From contig NC_068983.1 in the NCBI RefSeq assembly GCF_001194135.2, positions 68,243,841 through 68,307,840 on the forward strand: 64,000 nucleotides of DNA. Reading direction: 5' to 3'. The stretch's first letter is position 1. Every line of letters begins with the position of its first letter. Position numbers and translations under genes: made by a program. Positions 1 through 12,195 of the stretch are shown piece after piece. The notes under the pieces were generated by a model. The model was given only the letters and a program-made list of their open reading frames with translations. It searched no databases and was not told where the DNA came from. This DNA is from Octopus bimaculoides. Its lineage: Eukaryota.

Positions 1-345
1 AACCTACACAATCTGAAATGTATTTGTAGAAAATTTCATTTAAAAAATCCCTTTTTCAGAACGTTAAGAGTAAACAAAGATAAAGCAAGCACATACTATA
101 GTTATGCTGACAGATTACCCCGTTTAATAAAATCAAGGCTTTAAACTTTTTAAACTTGTACAACACTATAGCAAAGAGTGAAGAATTATATCGATGCAAA
201 CTCTCGCTGATAAAAGGAGAACAAGCAAAAAACATTTCACTTATGTTTTTGGATGAGCTGGTACTTGTCAGTTTGAGAAGAGATAAATGAATCCTCGAGA
301 AAGTATGAGTTACTTCCCTTGTGACCTGAGCCATTTAATACTTAC

Positions 346-485
346 TTCTCCTGGATCATTGTACCATAATTCTTCATGTAATCGATATGGATGACGCTTT
401 TTACGGTTCAATTCCTCTAGCCACTCGTTGGTCGTCTCTTCAGAACCACTGTCATCAGTATCATCAGAATCATCGGTAGAATCGT
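346..485 (-). CDS. DROSHA: Drosha (ribonuclease 3) coding exon, acidic tract plus start of the central/platform region
   Basis: Translates xDDSTDDSDDTDDSGSEETTNEWLEELNRKKRHPYRLHEELWYNDPGE, matching recalled human Drosha RKKAHPDRLHDELWYNDPGQ. Acceptor ...cttctgtttctacag and donor GTAAGT; phase 1 to 0. The downstream (RNase III) exons lie outside the window. Confidence 0.93.
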
Positions 486-591
486 CTGTAGAAACAGAAG
501 TAAAGGAAGTAAATATTTGTCCTGCTAATGCTCAATGTCCCATCGTTATTTGGTGGGATTCGGGGCTGTCAGAGAAACAAACTTTTCTTAC

Positions 592-642
592 CGACTGAAC
601 AATGTCTGTTTGTATGAAAAGTCCAAGTCGTCACCTCACTGG
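592..642 (-). CDS. DROSHA: Candidate 51-nt symmetric (phase 1-1) Drosha exon
   Basis: Acceptor ttttcgccattttccag and donor GTAAGA. Open in the required frame (xSEVTTWTFHTNRHCSVx). No recognised homology. Confidence 0.5.
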
Positions 643-3377
643 CTGGAAAATGGCGAAAAAGGCAAACAAATATAAATACAACTATCAAATATAACTTTCA
701 TCAATTCGAAACAAATGGAAACACCAATACCATTACTATCATCATAATCTTCTTTATACTTAGTTACGGCGTGAGCAGACCAGAGTTGGAATACTCTTCT
801 CTAGTGAATGCTATTCTAAAACTCCACTCTATGGAATCAATCCAAATAACCTTCTTTACAGTGACTCAATCCCTTAATAACCATCTGCAAACATTATCAT
901 TTGGTTTCTGAAGTCTTATGGACAGCTGCAACAAGCTGAACTAAGCCTATTGGTCGAAGGATCAACACTTTACATTCTACAATGACACTTGACCTTCTAA
1001 TCACCAACTACATAGACATGTGTACTTCTAGTCAATGCAAGAACCTCTATGTCTTTGTTTGATTTGTTAGAAAGAGCAGCCAAATCTCCATCAGTTCATG
1101 CCCTACAACTCTTAAAAAAGAGGAAGGACATATTGGATAATATAGTACTAAGTAAATTATGTCTGAAAAGAGAGAGTGATGATGCTTTGAATGCCTTTGA
1201 TAATAGCTCTGCTCAATCAGGGCACCTGGTTCAACATCAGCAACAGCAATACTTGATCTCAACATCTCAGTTCACCTAGCTGTAAATAAACACTAAGTGG
1301 GATTACTGCTTAAAATGAGTCACACTATACCTTAATGCATTTTGCTTGCTTGAAATGTTGGGCTTAAACCCTTTATGAGTCTGAAGTTATAAAAAATAAA
1401 ACAAGCAAAAGGAAAATCAAATAAGCTAATGGCATGAATTTGGATAAATAAAGGGTGATGAAGTGAATGGTGTAAGCAAACAATTCCTAAGTGAAATGTT
1501 TGAGTTGGAGAAAGAAAGCAAAAACCTAGTGGCAGATGTTAATGACTCTCAAAGAAAAAGGGAGATAAATTTCAAGCAAATTAATTACTCTTACAAAGTT
1601 AATATACATCTTTAGAGGAAGGAAAGTCTGATCTTTGCAGGTAACAGACAACTCAGGATACCTTTCACTCTGTTAAACCTAGACAGAATAGTATTATCTA
1701 CCCAAGCCTAACTACTGAGCTGACCAAGATTTTCACATATGGAAAAAAAATTTAATTTTTGGTAAATATAATTTGCATAAAAAATAAGTTAAGATTCAGT
1801 TTGAAGAAAGATAGGTTCCACTAAACTAATTTTCTTAGAAACACATGAAGACTACAAGCCAGTAAGACAGCCTCTACTTGGTTGTTCTACCTGCTAGAAA
1901 TAGTAACCAAATTTCTTTCAAATCACATTCTACTATCTTAGAAGAGGACAATCTAGATGATGAGGTCCTAGTGCACTGATGATGATGATGATGATGATGA
2001 TGGTGGTGGTAGTGACAATGATGATGATGATGAAGATGATGATAATGATATTTTGACTGAATACAAGCACAATTTTATCAGGTGAGGGTATAATTGATAA
2101 AATATACCATCAGTACATTGCTGGAAGTTGTAAGATACCAGAGTGAATAAGGTATAGGACCACAGACTAACATAGGCACTTCAACTGTTGGCAAGATATC
2201 TTGTTGTACAGACACCAATTCTCCTATCAGAGCAGGAATAGATACAAAGGTTTCTATGCATGTTTCTTGTCGTAAACTAACTCTCTAACAAGAAGAAGGT
2301 TCATCTCTCAGACACTTAATGCTACAAGTTGTAAGAGTTATGCTAGATACTTGCAATTTACAAAAGGATAAATTATTGAGATATTTAGTCCACAGACTCT
2401 TCTGTACCACAGCAGGAATTAGCATTACGTATACTTAATATACAATAAAACACAATAGAACAATACAATAAAACACACAGACATGTTTTCATAGATCGCA
2501 TCTTCAGTTTCACATGCACCACATTCCAAAGAATATGAAATATATATTGTGCATGCAGGACATATGATAACTAAAGTGAAATAAGTAACAAAAATATATT
2601 GCAAACATGGCATTCAGGAACACCATGCTGAGATTAAGTGTTTGGCAATCTGAGTTTATATGATATCAAGTCTTTCGTGCAATTCTCTTTTGTTGCTGAG
2701 AATATGAAAATACACATGCATATGAAGAGCTGTGTATATGTATATTTGATTAGAAGTCATGTTCTTATTACTAATACTATGTTATTATTATTAATGTATG
2801 AACTAAGCTCTTTCTCTAGTTAACATCCATTTTTCTATGCATGCATGAGTGGGATGTTCTTTTGCTAGAGCAACTATTTCTACAAATGGATGTCCTTCCT
2901 GCAGTTACCCATAAGCCATGAAGAATGAAACATTTCTTATTATTGTTGTAAGCCCCATGTTGACCTATGATAAAAAGCAGTCCAGTCTTAACCATCTCGT
3001 TTTTTGGGGGGGTTTTTTCAAACATGATGCACCTAAGACTATGCACTCCAAAGTGGCCTTCTATTTCTTTTTTGGCAAAAGAAATTTGACTACTATTTCT
3101 AGTAGGTTGGGCAAGTTCAAGTGTCATTACTAGCTCATACTTTGTTCACAAAGTAAACTGGAACAAGCAGAATTAAGTGATTTGTTCAGGAGCACGACAC
3201 AACACTAGTAAGATCTAAACATTATTATGTAGAAAGTAGACCAACAACTTAACTCTACAACTAATGCACCTTTTGAACAGCATGTGTACTACTGTTAGTT
3301 GATAACTATTAACTGTTTCTGTATATAGATACCCTTCTGTTAGTTAACCACTAAACTATGAAGTAGGAGTGAAACTT

Positions 3378-3634
3378 TTGGGTTGGTGCATAATTATTGC
3401 AGCTTTTTTTTCAACAAATTTTATTCAACAAAAACAATAACAATATTTAGCAAAAACATCTTTAAATGACGGTCTGACCATCTGCCAAGCAAATGGGAAG
3501 CAGTAATTAAAGTAGATGGTGAATATGCTCCAGAATAATCATTTAAAGATGTTTTTGTTACATGTTGTTATTGTTTTTGTTGAATAAAATTTGTTGAAAA
3601 AAAAAAAAGCTGCAATAATTATGCACCAACCCAA
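3378..3634. mobile_element. Mariner-derived MITE (foldback)
   Basis: About 110-bp inverted arms TTGGGTTGGTGCATAATTATTGCAGC... / ...GCTGCAATAATTATGCACCAACCCAA followed by TA. The core resembles a mariner transposase C-terminus (W.AVIKVDGEY). Confidence 0.85.
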
Positions 3635-4433
3635 TATTCTTCATTGTTGTTTAACAACCAAGTCAGCACTGATCAAATAGACCTATCAAGAAAAGCATTT
3701 TAGCCCTAACCAACCTTTCTTACTATTTTTTTCAGATATAATATATTTAGGATTACATTCACCAACATAACTTACCATTTTCTTTAGATATTAGAAGGTG
3801 TTTAGAGAGAGATTTTTACTGCAATCTATTTCTTAGCCAATAAATTGAACTCTGTTGCAAATTGCTCACTATATTCATTACATCATCCAAATACTTTACT
3901 AAATATGTGTTTATTCTATCTAATTTAGTCCATCATTATCATCATCATTTAATGACCATTGTCCATGCTGGTATGTAAATAAATGACATGTCAAGTATCT
4001 ACTGTATTGTCTTAATTCATTGTCTTCACTCATGGTGCTGAATTTAAATACTTCCCAAGGTTGCCATATAATAGACAGATTCACTGAGATATTAATGAAC
4101 TGAATCAGTAACACATTTACAATTCATGGTTGTAGCAGTTTCAGTTCACTTACAATGCTTTAACATCATTACTTCGGTTTTTATTTCACTGAAAATATTA
4201 AGCTTCATGCCTATTGCATGGAGGCCCTGGGAAATATCTCTAGTGTACTCTCCCAGAAATGCAACTGACAGATAAAATGGGTTTTTTTTTTAGGGGGGGG
4301 GGGGTTGCATAGCTACAGAAATGAAAGATAGATTGTATTAAGATTACATTGAATTACAACTAGTTGTAGGATTAAAATCCTAGACTCCTGACTACATGGT
4401 CACAAAATATACTTTACTGTAATTTCAAATCAT

Positions 4434-4824
4434 GGAGTGGCTGTGTGGTAAGTAGCTTGCTTACCAACCACATGGTTCCGGGTTCAGTCCCACTGCATTG
4501 CATGTTGGGCAAGTGTCTTCTACTATAGCCTTGGGCCGACCAAAGCCTTGTGAGTGGATTTGGTAGACGGAAACTGAAAGAAGCCCGTCGTATATATGTA
4601 TATATTTATGTGAATGTGTGTGTCTGTGTTTGTCCCCCCAACATCGCTTGACAACCGATGGTGGTGTGTTTACGTCCCTGTAACTTAGCGGTTCGGCAAA
4701 AGGGACCGATAGAATAAGTACTAGGCTTACAAAGAATAAGTCCTGGGGTCGATTTGCTCGACTAAAGGCGGTGCTCCAGCATGGCTGCAGTCAAATGACT
4801 GAAACAAGCAAAAGAGTAAAAGAG
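4434..4824 (+). mobile_element. tRNA-derived SINE (family A, abundant octopus-type)
   Basis: tRNA-like head with A/B-box-like motifs (TGGCTGTGTGGTAAG ... GGTTCAGTCCC), internal (TA)(TG) microsatellite, 3' end GAAACAAG.AAAAGAG. A near-identical copy lies at 13741-14152. Confidence 0.85.
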
Positions 4825-5218
4825 CAAGTCCTTTGTACTCCTGAGCAAGATATTGTATGTCTCAGTCAACCTATCTGACACAAAAAGTACCATTTTCACT
4901 TCATAGTAAGTAATTAGTAGTCAGAACATCCAACTACAGAAATAGTGGTTATAACAAATATCCCATTTGAAACATAAATAAATGGATAGAAAACAGCAAA
5001 GAGTAAAAAAAAACAAAACCTATAAACAACGTAACATTTCCTTTGTCAAGAAGTAAATCTCTATATTGCATTTTCCTCTGAAACATCATAATAAACGTGC
5101 TTTGAGCAGGTTTCTCTCAATAAAACAATATATTTCTAACGGTAAAACAACTACCTTTCAACATCCAAAGCTAATAAGTAATTCTCTTTACCTGTTCACA
5201 GAAACTATTGATACTTAC

Positions 5219-5372
5219 TTGGACTGTCATGAATGTGTGTTATTAATGGTCTTTTAGGTTCTTCATACTTTGGTCTGGTTTCTATGATCGTTTTCGCTCG
5301 GTCACACAATTCTGTTTGGAAACGGTGTTGTAGATCTATCATCTTCTGTGTAGCCATCAAACAGTTAGTTTG
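5219..5372 (-). CDS. DROSHA: Drosha coding exon
   Basis: QTNCLMATQKMIDLQHRFQTELCDRAKTIIETRPKYEEPKRP..., resembling recalled Drosha VGTSRLRDLYDKFEEELGSRQEKAKAARPPWEPPK. Acceptor ttttgttttctcag, donor GTAAGT, phase 0 to 1. Confidence 0.9.
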
Positions 5373-5922
5373 CTGAGAAAACAAAATATTGGTGACTAGT
5401 TCTTTAGATGGAAACAGATTCAAAATAAAATAGCAGATGTTGTGATTAACCTGTGACAGCATCCCCATCATGTGAAGTGACAAACGTCCAACTTTTCTTT
5501 CTTACCTCACCCGTTAGGAGGTTCTACATTTAATTCAATATAAAGCACCAAGTAAATTCCTAAAGTTTCATTTAACAGCCTTCTAAACTTTGATACAATG
5601 AAGGAATTTCCACAAATTTGCTTGACTTACTCAATAAAGCAATTAAATCTCCTTTTGAAAACTCCTTACCCTATTTAAAATGGAGGTGACATATTTACAT
5701 CCTAAACTTTAGAACAGAATATTCTATGAGAATGAAACAATATTGATCAAATGATTGTTTCATTAGCTACTTCTATGCAAAGCTGAACTTAAGTCATCCA
5801 GAAACAACTTCTCTTCAATCTCAATATACAACATTTTGTTATGCAAAATAAATCTCCTTGGGTTACATTGACCAATGACTTTATAAGCTGACCCCTTTCT
5901 TATGGACATCATCCACACACAG

Positions 5923-6096
5923 TCATCATCATCATCATCATTTAACGTCCACTTTCCATGCTAGCATGGGTTGGACGATTTGACTGAGGATTGGTGAACC
6001 AGATGGCTACACCAGGCTCCAATCTGATTTGGCAGAGTTTCTACAGCTGGATGCCCTTCCTAACACCAACCACTCCGAGAGTGTAGTGGGTGCTTC
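5923..6096 (-). mobile_element. 3' end of RTE LINE with (GAT)n tail
   Basis: Matches the 3'UTR that follows the RTE ORF stop at 60101-60368. Confidence 0.85.
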
Positions 6097-6329
6097 CTGA
6101 AAATGACATTAAAGAAATGCAGCCAAACCAGACTAGAAAAAAATGTAGTGCATAAGGTTAAATTTTATCTGAATAATGTTTACTTTCCTGTATTCGACTG
6201 TAATCTTTCAGATTCTTGTAAATACACCCAACTTTCAACTAAAACCACCAGCCTTCTAACTTTCAAATAAAAAATTTTCCAACCATCAACAGAAACAGAA
6301 CTTAAGGAAACAGTTGAGAAGGAGCTTAC

Positions 6330-6474
6330 CTTATCACGGTAAAAGTACAAATCAGCTGGAGAACACCTTATCCAAGCTGGAGTATCACTTTTTTCAGTTT
6401 TTTCTTTTTTGTACTCCTTCCGCAGAGGATCAGGTGATTCTGGTTTCTCAGGCCGTCTTGGCTTCTTCGGTTCT
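6330..6474 (-). CDS. DROSHA: Drosha coding exon
   Basis: xEPKKPRRPEKPESPDPLRKEYKKEKTEKSDTPAWIRCSPADLYFYRDK; WIRC motif as in Drosha WIRCTHSENYY. Acceptor tgtttctag, donor GTAAGC, phase 2 to 0. Confidence 0.9.
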
Positions 6475-7071
6475 CTAGAAACATAACCCATTAAAAATAT
6501 ATTAATACCCTGCTTCAGTAGGTAAGCATATAGGTAATGGTATGGCAAGACAGTTTTTTAAGCTTAGATCTCATAAGGTTGAGTAGCATGGTATTATCTG
6601 TTGGTACAGCATGACACTGGGTGAAGGAGAGAGAGAGTAACCTAAAATATGTAATGATTGCCAGTGCATAATATACACACTTGCCCAAGGTAAGAGCCTT
6701 CTGTTACAGCCCTGGGCTGTACAAAGCCTTGTAAGTATATTTTATATATATATTCTATTATTCTTTTACTTGCTTCAGTCGTCTGACTGCGGCCATGCTG
6801 GAGCACTGACTTTAGTCAAACAAATTGGCCCCAAGACTTATTCTTTGTAAGTCTAGTACTTATTATATCAGTCTCTTTTGCTGAACCACTAAGATACAAG
6901 GACTTAGACACACCAACATTAGTTGTCAAGTGATGGTGGGAGGGGGACAAACACACACACAAATACATATATTAATACTATGTCCTGTACCCAGATATAC
7001 ACCTATATATTCAGGAAGACGTAGGTATGCACACACCTGTACATATATATGCATATACTCATTTATTATTT

Positions 7072-7103
<32 letters not shown>

Positions 7104-8386
7104 NNNNNNNNNNNNNNNNNNNNNNNNNNNNNNNNNNNNNNNNNNNNNNNNNNNNNNNNNNNNNNNNNNNNNNNNNNNNNNNNNNNNNNNNNNNNNNNNN
7201 NNNNNNNNNNNNNNNNNNNNNNNNNNNNNNNNNNNNNNNNNNNNNNNNNNNNNNNNNNNNNNNNNNNNNNNNNNNNNNNNNNNNNNNNNNNNNNNNNNNN
7301 NNNNNNNNNNNNNNNNNNNNNNNNNNNNNNNNNNNNNNNNNNNNNNNNNNNNNNNNNNNNNNNNNNNNNNNNNNNNNNTATATATATATATATATATACG
7401 ACAGGCTTCTTTCAAGTTTCCATCTACTAAATCCACTCATAAGGCTTTGGTCAGCTTGGGACTATAGTAGAAGACACTTGCCCAAGGTGTCACGTAGTGG
7501 GACTGAACCTGGAGCCATGTGGTTGAGAAGCAAGCTTTGTACCACACAGCCACTCCTGTGCCTATATAACATCACAAATATTGTTGTTGTGTTAATGCTG
7601 TTATGACTGTAGTGTTGTATGCATAATATAATTTGATAAGGAAAAGTGTGGCAGATATAATACATAATAATATTCTTGTTAGTCATAATTGCTGTTGCTG
7701 CACTACATCATATGGTATGTCATTAGTGTTTAGATATAACATATCATGGTTTTGTTATTGTATAATATAGTGTTCCATGCTATGCTCTGAACATGGTATA
7801 GCATAGTATGATAAAACATAACACAGTGACAAACTGCAAAATAGACTACTCTCAGTTGAGTGGTATAACATGCAGTTATTGTATGTGCAGTGATATTCTG
7901 CTCATGAAATAACTATGTTATCATGTATATATCGTCAACGCATGTGTGTTAATACACATGTCATCTCAGTTTCTGTCCATTAATATTTACTTTCTACTTC
8001 AAATTTTTCAATTCAAGATTAACACTTGTTATAGTCAAATTTTACATTGACTTATTTTTCAAAAAACTTTAGTGGTTTTTATTACCTTTCTATTACTATA
8101 CTGAAACGATTAGACTTTAAACAGAAATTAATGTCATATGTATTATGTACACCATTCTATGATATGGTTACATCATTGTATGTTACACACCAATATAACA
8201 TACAACATAGCAATGGTATGGACTATTGCTCAACAGCTCTATACAGAACAATATTTATAAAATGGTACAGTGTGCTACACATCAGTATGGTATGATATGC
8301 TACACTATGCTACATAGTAGTATTATCTATTACCCTATGATATAATAAGATATGACATGCAACAACAAAGTCTACTGACAACTTAC

Positions 8387-8542
8387 CTGCTCTCTCGTGA
8401 ATCACTCTCTTTACTCCAAGATCTTTTCTTACTACTAGAACTAGACACTGAGCTGGACCCAAGAGCTGGACTTCGACGATGATCTCTTCTCTCACTAGTT
8501 TTCTCACCTTTTCTCGGTGATGGTGACCTTGATCTGTGTCTA
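8387..8542 (-). CDS. DROSHA: Drosha RS-rich coding exon (not in the ORF-track frame)
   Basis: Acceptor acttccatattccag, donor GTAAGT, phase 2-2. Reads (S)RHRSRSPSPRKGEKTSERRDHRRSPALGSSSVSSSSSKKRSWSKESDSRES(R) and joins both flanking exons in frame. Confidence 0.88.
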
Positions 8543-9082
8543 CTGGAATATGGAAGTATGTCTTGTTAGTTAAGAGCTCAGCTGCAGATATATCAACAAT
8601 CGGAGTAGTAAAGATAACAAAACAATGACAGAATAATGCTGCTGTTGTTGAGTCCAGAGTGAAGCTTGAGCAAGCTGACCTATTACCAAAACATTCCAAC
8701 CAAACCATCCTGTCATTTTTATATTTCCAGGACTAGTTATCTTATGTATTCTTTCATTTTTAAGATGATATGGTGTGTTTTGAGGGAGGTTTGGCTGCAA
8801 TTTCTTGCAAATCTAGCAACTACATAAAAGTTTCCTATGTTAGCTCAAGCATTTAAACCAGCCTTATCTGGCCAAAATATTCTACCTGTTTTATGCTCAA
8901 ACTGGTTGGATCTGGCCTCTCACACCTACCCTATAATGTTATTCTAGAAATAAATAATCTATCATTTAAATCTCAAAGGTATGAGATAATGCATGATTAA
9001 TTTCAAACAATGTGAATGAATAAGCATTACATTTGACAGAGTAATCTGAATACTAGAGGGTTAAACATATATATTCTCTTAC

Positions 9083-10377
9083 CTTGGTCTGCTCCAAGAA
9101 CTACTGTGTTTTTCACTGTCTTTTCTTCTTGAATAATGTGGCGATTCTGACCGTGGTTCATACAGTCGCTTTCTCTCTTTGCTCTTTGAGTGGTGACTAC
9201 TAATACTATTACTGGAGTTCAGCGAAGTGCCATACATGCCTTTACTTGTTCCACTTGTACTATAGGATGACAGCGTCGAGCCACTGGATATCTTTTCTCG
9301 ATCACAACGCACTGGACACAGGAGACTGCTGCCATTCTTGCAATGCAGTGATGACAATGAGGAAGAAGAATTTGAAGAGAAGTGGGAGCTGTCCCTTTCT
9401 CGATCCCTATCACGGTCACGGTCTCTGTCACGGTCGCGGTCTCGATCTCGGTCCCTGTCTCTGTCTCGATTCAAGTCCCTTTCTCGGTCACCACGGTCCC
9501 TGTCACGGTCTCGACTGACACCACAACCGCTTATGTACGAACTGCACATGTTATTGTGCATCCCATGCTGATGGCTCTCACAGCCTTTCAATGAGATCAC
9601 AGGGATTGCTTCACCAACACCACTGCCACTGCATTCCCCACCATCTGTCAACAATGGGGGGTTTGATTTGGGGTGTCCCAGGGGTGGGCCATGGTACATG
9701 CTGCTACCATTGTTGTGAATGCTGTTATTGTTAATGTTGTTATTCGTCCCTGAACCACTCCCTGGTCCTATGCAGCCCCTACCTAGGGGAGGAAGAGGTG
9801 GAGGGGGCTGCTGCTTCTGGCCTGTAGATGGAACACTGCCTGGAGACTTCCACTGTGGGAAGTGGTTGGGTCTGGAAGCCATACTGCTGTGGACAGAATA
9901 TGTGGTGGGGTATGACCCACTCCAGACATTGGGGTATGGTTGGCACAGTGGGGCTGTTGCCGCTGCAGCAGCTGCTGCTGCTGCCGCTGCTGCTACGGGG
10001 CCAATGAGAGATGTAGGTGGAGGTAAGGGTGGTAGGGGAGGTGGTGGCACAGACACACCCACCGTCACACACCCACTAGGATTGTTTGGTGGAAACGGGG
10101 GCATCCCTAAGGAGCCAGGTAATGGTGGTGGAGGAGGCGGGGGACCCCCAGAGGGTACATATCCACCTACCCCACTGCCAATGCTCTGTGATGGAAGTGG
10201 TACCGGAGGTGGTGGACCGACTGGTGGTGGAGGTGGAGGAGGGACAGAAACGCCACTACCCTGAGGTGGGAGAGACAGTGGGTGTTGAGGTGGCACAACT
10301 GGAGCAGCTTGTCGGTTGGGAGCATTAATGAGCTGAGGTGGTGGAGAGCTGAGGTAGTTGACAGGATGTACGGCAAG
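9083..10377 (-). CDS. DROSHA: Drosha large N-terminal exon (Pro-rich, poly-Ala, RD/RS-rich)
   Basis: 1295-nt open exon. Acceptor atttcttccag, donor AG|GTAAGA, phase 0 to 2. The Pro-rich then R/S/D-rich order is typical of the Drosha N-terminus. Confidence 0.9.
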
Positions 10378-10479
10378 CTGGAAGAAATAAAATAGGATAA
10401 ACTAAGTCCTGGGATATGCATGAATATAGAAATACTACTATAACAATAATAATAATAATAATAATGATGATGATGAATG

Positions 10480-10694
10480 ATTTCAAATTTTGGGCACAAG
10501 GCCAGCAATTTACAAGGGGAAGTCGATTACATCGACCCCCAGTGATCAGCTGATACTAATTTTATCAACCCTGAAAGGATGAAAGAAAGGCAAAGTCGAC
10601 CTTGGCAGAATTTGAACTTAGAACGTGAAGACAGATGAGAAATGTCACTCAGCACTTTTGCCCAGCGTGTTAACAATTCTGCCAGCTCACTACC
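10480..10694 (-). mobile_element. SINE family B copy
   Basis: GAGCTGGCAGAATTGTTAAC...TTCTAAGTTCAAATTCTGCCAAGGTCGACTTTGCC... body. Related copies at about 11060-11450, 28915-29100, 35280-35480, 36710-36830, 42690-42840 and 43270-43480. Confidence 0.75.
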
Positions 10695-10699
10695 TAGAA

Positions 10700-10866
10700 G
10701 AAGATGATGATGATGATGATGATGAGGAGGAGGAGGAAAAGAAGAAGAAGAACAACAACAACAACAGCACAGATGCAACAGCAACAACAATGGCGGCACA
10801 GATGCAACAACAACAACAACAACAACGGCGGCACAGATGCAACAACAACAACGGCGGCACAGATGT
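10700..10866 (+). repeat. Compound microsatellite (GAT)n(GAG)n(AAG)n(AAC)n followed by a 4-unit minisatellite (CAA)n-GGCGGCACAGATG
   Basis: Directly visible; lies in a Drosha intron. Confidence 0.9.
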
Positions 10867-12117
10867 TCACTTTCCAATCACATGGTTCCAAGTTCAGTTC
10901 CACAGCACTGTATCTAAGGCAAGTGTTTTCTACTATCAACCCAGGCCAACCAAAGCCTTGTGAGTGAATTTGATAGACAGAAACTGAAAGAAGCCTATTG
11001 GAGAAATACTAGAACAGAGAAAGAGATATAAAAACAAATGAACAACAGTAATAACAATAGTTTCAAATTTTGGCACAGGGCCAGCAGCGTTTTTTGCCTT
11101 TTTTGAAGGGAGAGGGAAGTCAATTACAGTGACCCCAGTACTTGAATGGCACTTATTTTATCAATCATGAAAGTATGAAAGGCAAAACCAACCTTGGTGG
11201 AATTTGAACTCAGAACATAAAGACAAACAAAATGTTGTTATGCATTTCGTCTGGCTTGCTAACAGTTCTGCCAACTCACCACCTTAACAGCAACAACAAT
11301 AATGGTTTCTGATTTAAGTACAGGGCCAGCAATCTGGGAGCAGTTGGTCAATAAAATCAACTCCAATACTTGACTGGTACTTTGTTTTATTAACCCTGGA
11401 GGAATGTAATGGCAAAATTGACCTTGATGAGATTTGAACTCAAAACATAAACAGCTAATGATTCTATTAATTCACCACCTTAAATAATAATCTTGTAATT
11501 GAAAGAATAAAGGCAAAGTGAGGCCTACAAGATGTGAGCTCAAAACAAGATGATGAAACTAAATGGAGTACAACATTAAGACCAGTACCACTGTATTTTC
11601 CAGCATACAAGTCAAATTTTTCAGGCCAAAATTTACAGCCCCAAAAATTAGTCAACTTACACCATGATGACTTTGGAGAACCAAAAGTTCAATGTGAAAT
11701 ACAGCAGGGCTTGAAAACATAGTGGTAATGTTTGAATAATTTACACTACAAACTACGTTGACTTGTATGCTGAAAAACAATATACTAATTCTACCTTCAG
11801 CAGTTTTTGTAATCACTCATAAACAGTGATACGTTGTATTACTACAACAGGGAACATTTGTAAAGGATGAATACAGGAAATTAATTCAACCCCAATAATA
11901 CAAGACTGGGATTTAACCTAAGAAGGAAGAAAAGCAATGTCAATCGCCATAAAATTTGGGTTATTATATAGATCCACACCCAGTGGAGAGATTGAAAAAA
12001 AAATAGTGTAGTAGTTGAAGTGCACCATATATGAAATAAATATGAAGGAAAAAATGCACGCTGGCGAACGGGGGGGGGTGAGGAGAGGGCTCGGAAAATT
12101 CACACAACGCGAGCACT

Positions 12118-12195
12118 ATCTAATACCCTAACCCTAGGGTTAGGGTTAGGTTTAGGGTCAGGGTTAGGGTTAGGTTTAGGGTTAGAGTATTAGAT
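12118..12195. repeat. Interstitial telomere-like (TTAGGG)n array bounded by a short inverted repeat
   Basis: ATCTAATAC-CCTAACCCTAGGGTTAGGGTTAGG...GGGTTAGA-GTATTAGAT. Confidence 0.85.

Noticed and set aside
1-345. ORF 56-334 as a continuation of Drosha
   Set aside because: It is intronic. The expected next motif MNDGPLCKC is absent, so the next exon lies outside the window.
900-1350. ORFs 1047-1265 and 1049-1279
   Set aside because: No recognisable homology or splice support; at most a very old LINE relic.
8310-8708. 132-aa ORF-track call
   Set aside because: The true exon (8387-8542) is read in a different frame, set by the splice phases.
9219-10328. Overlapping plus-strand and alternate-frame ORFs, including the SR-like RSRSRS peptide at 9338-9571
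   Set aside because: They are antisense or alternate-frame shadows of the low-complexity Drosha exon.
10527-10967. Poly-D/E/K/N/Q ORFs
   Set aside because: They are products of intronic trinucleotide microsatellites.
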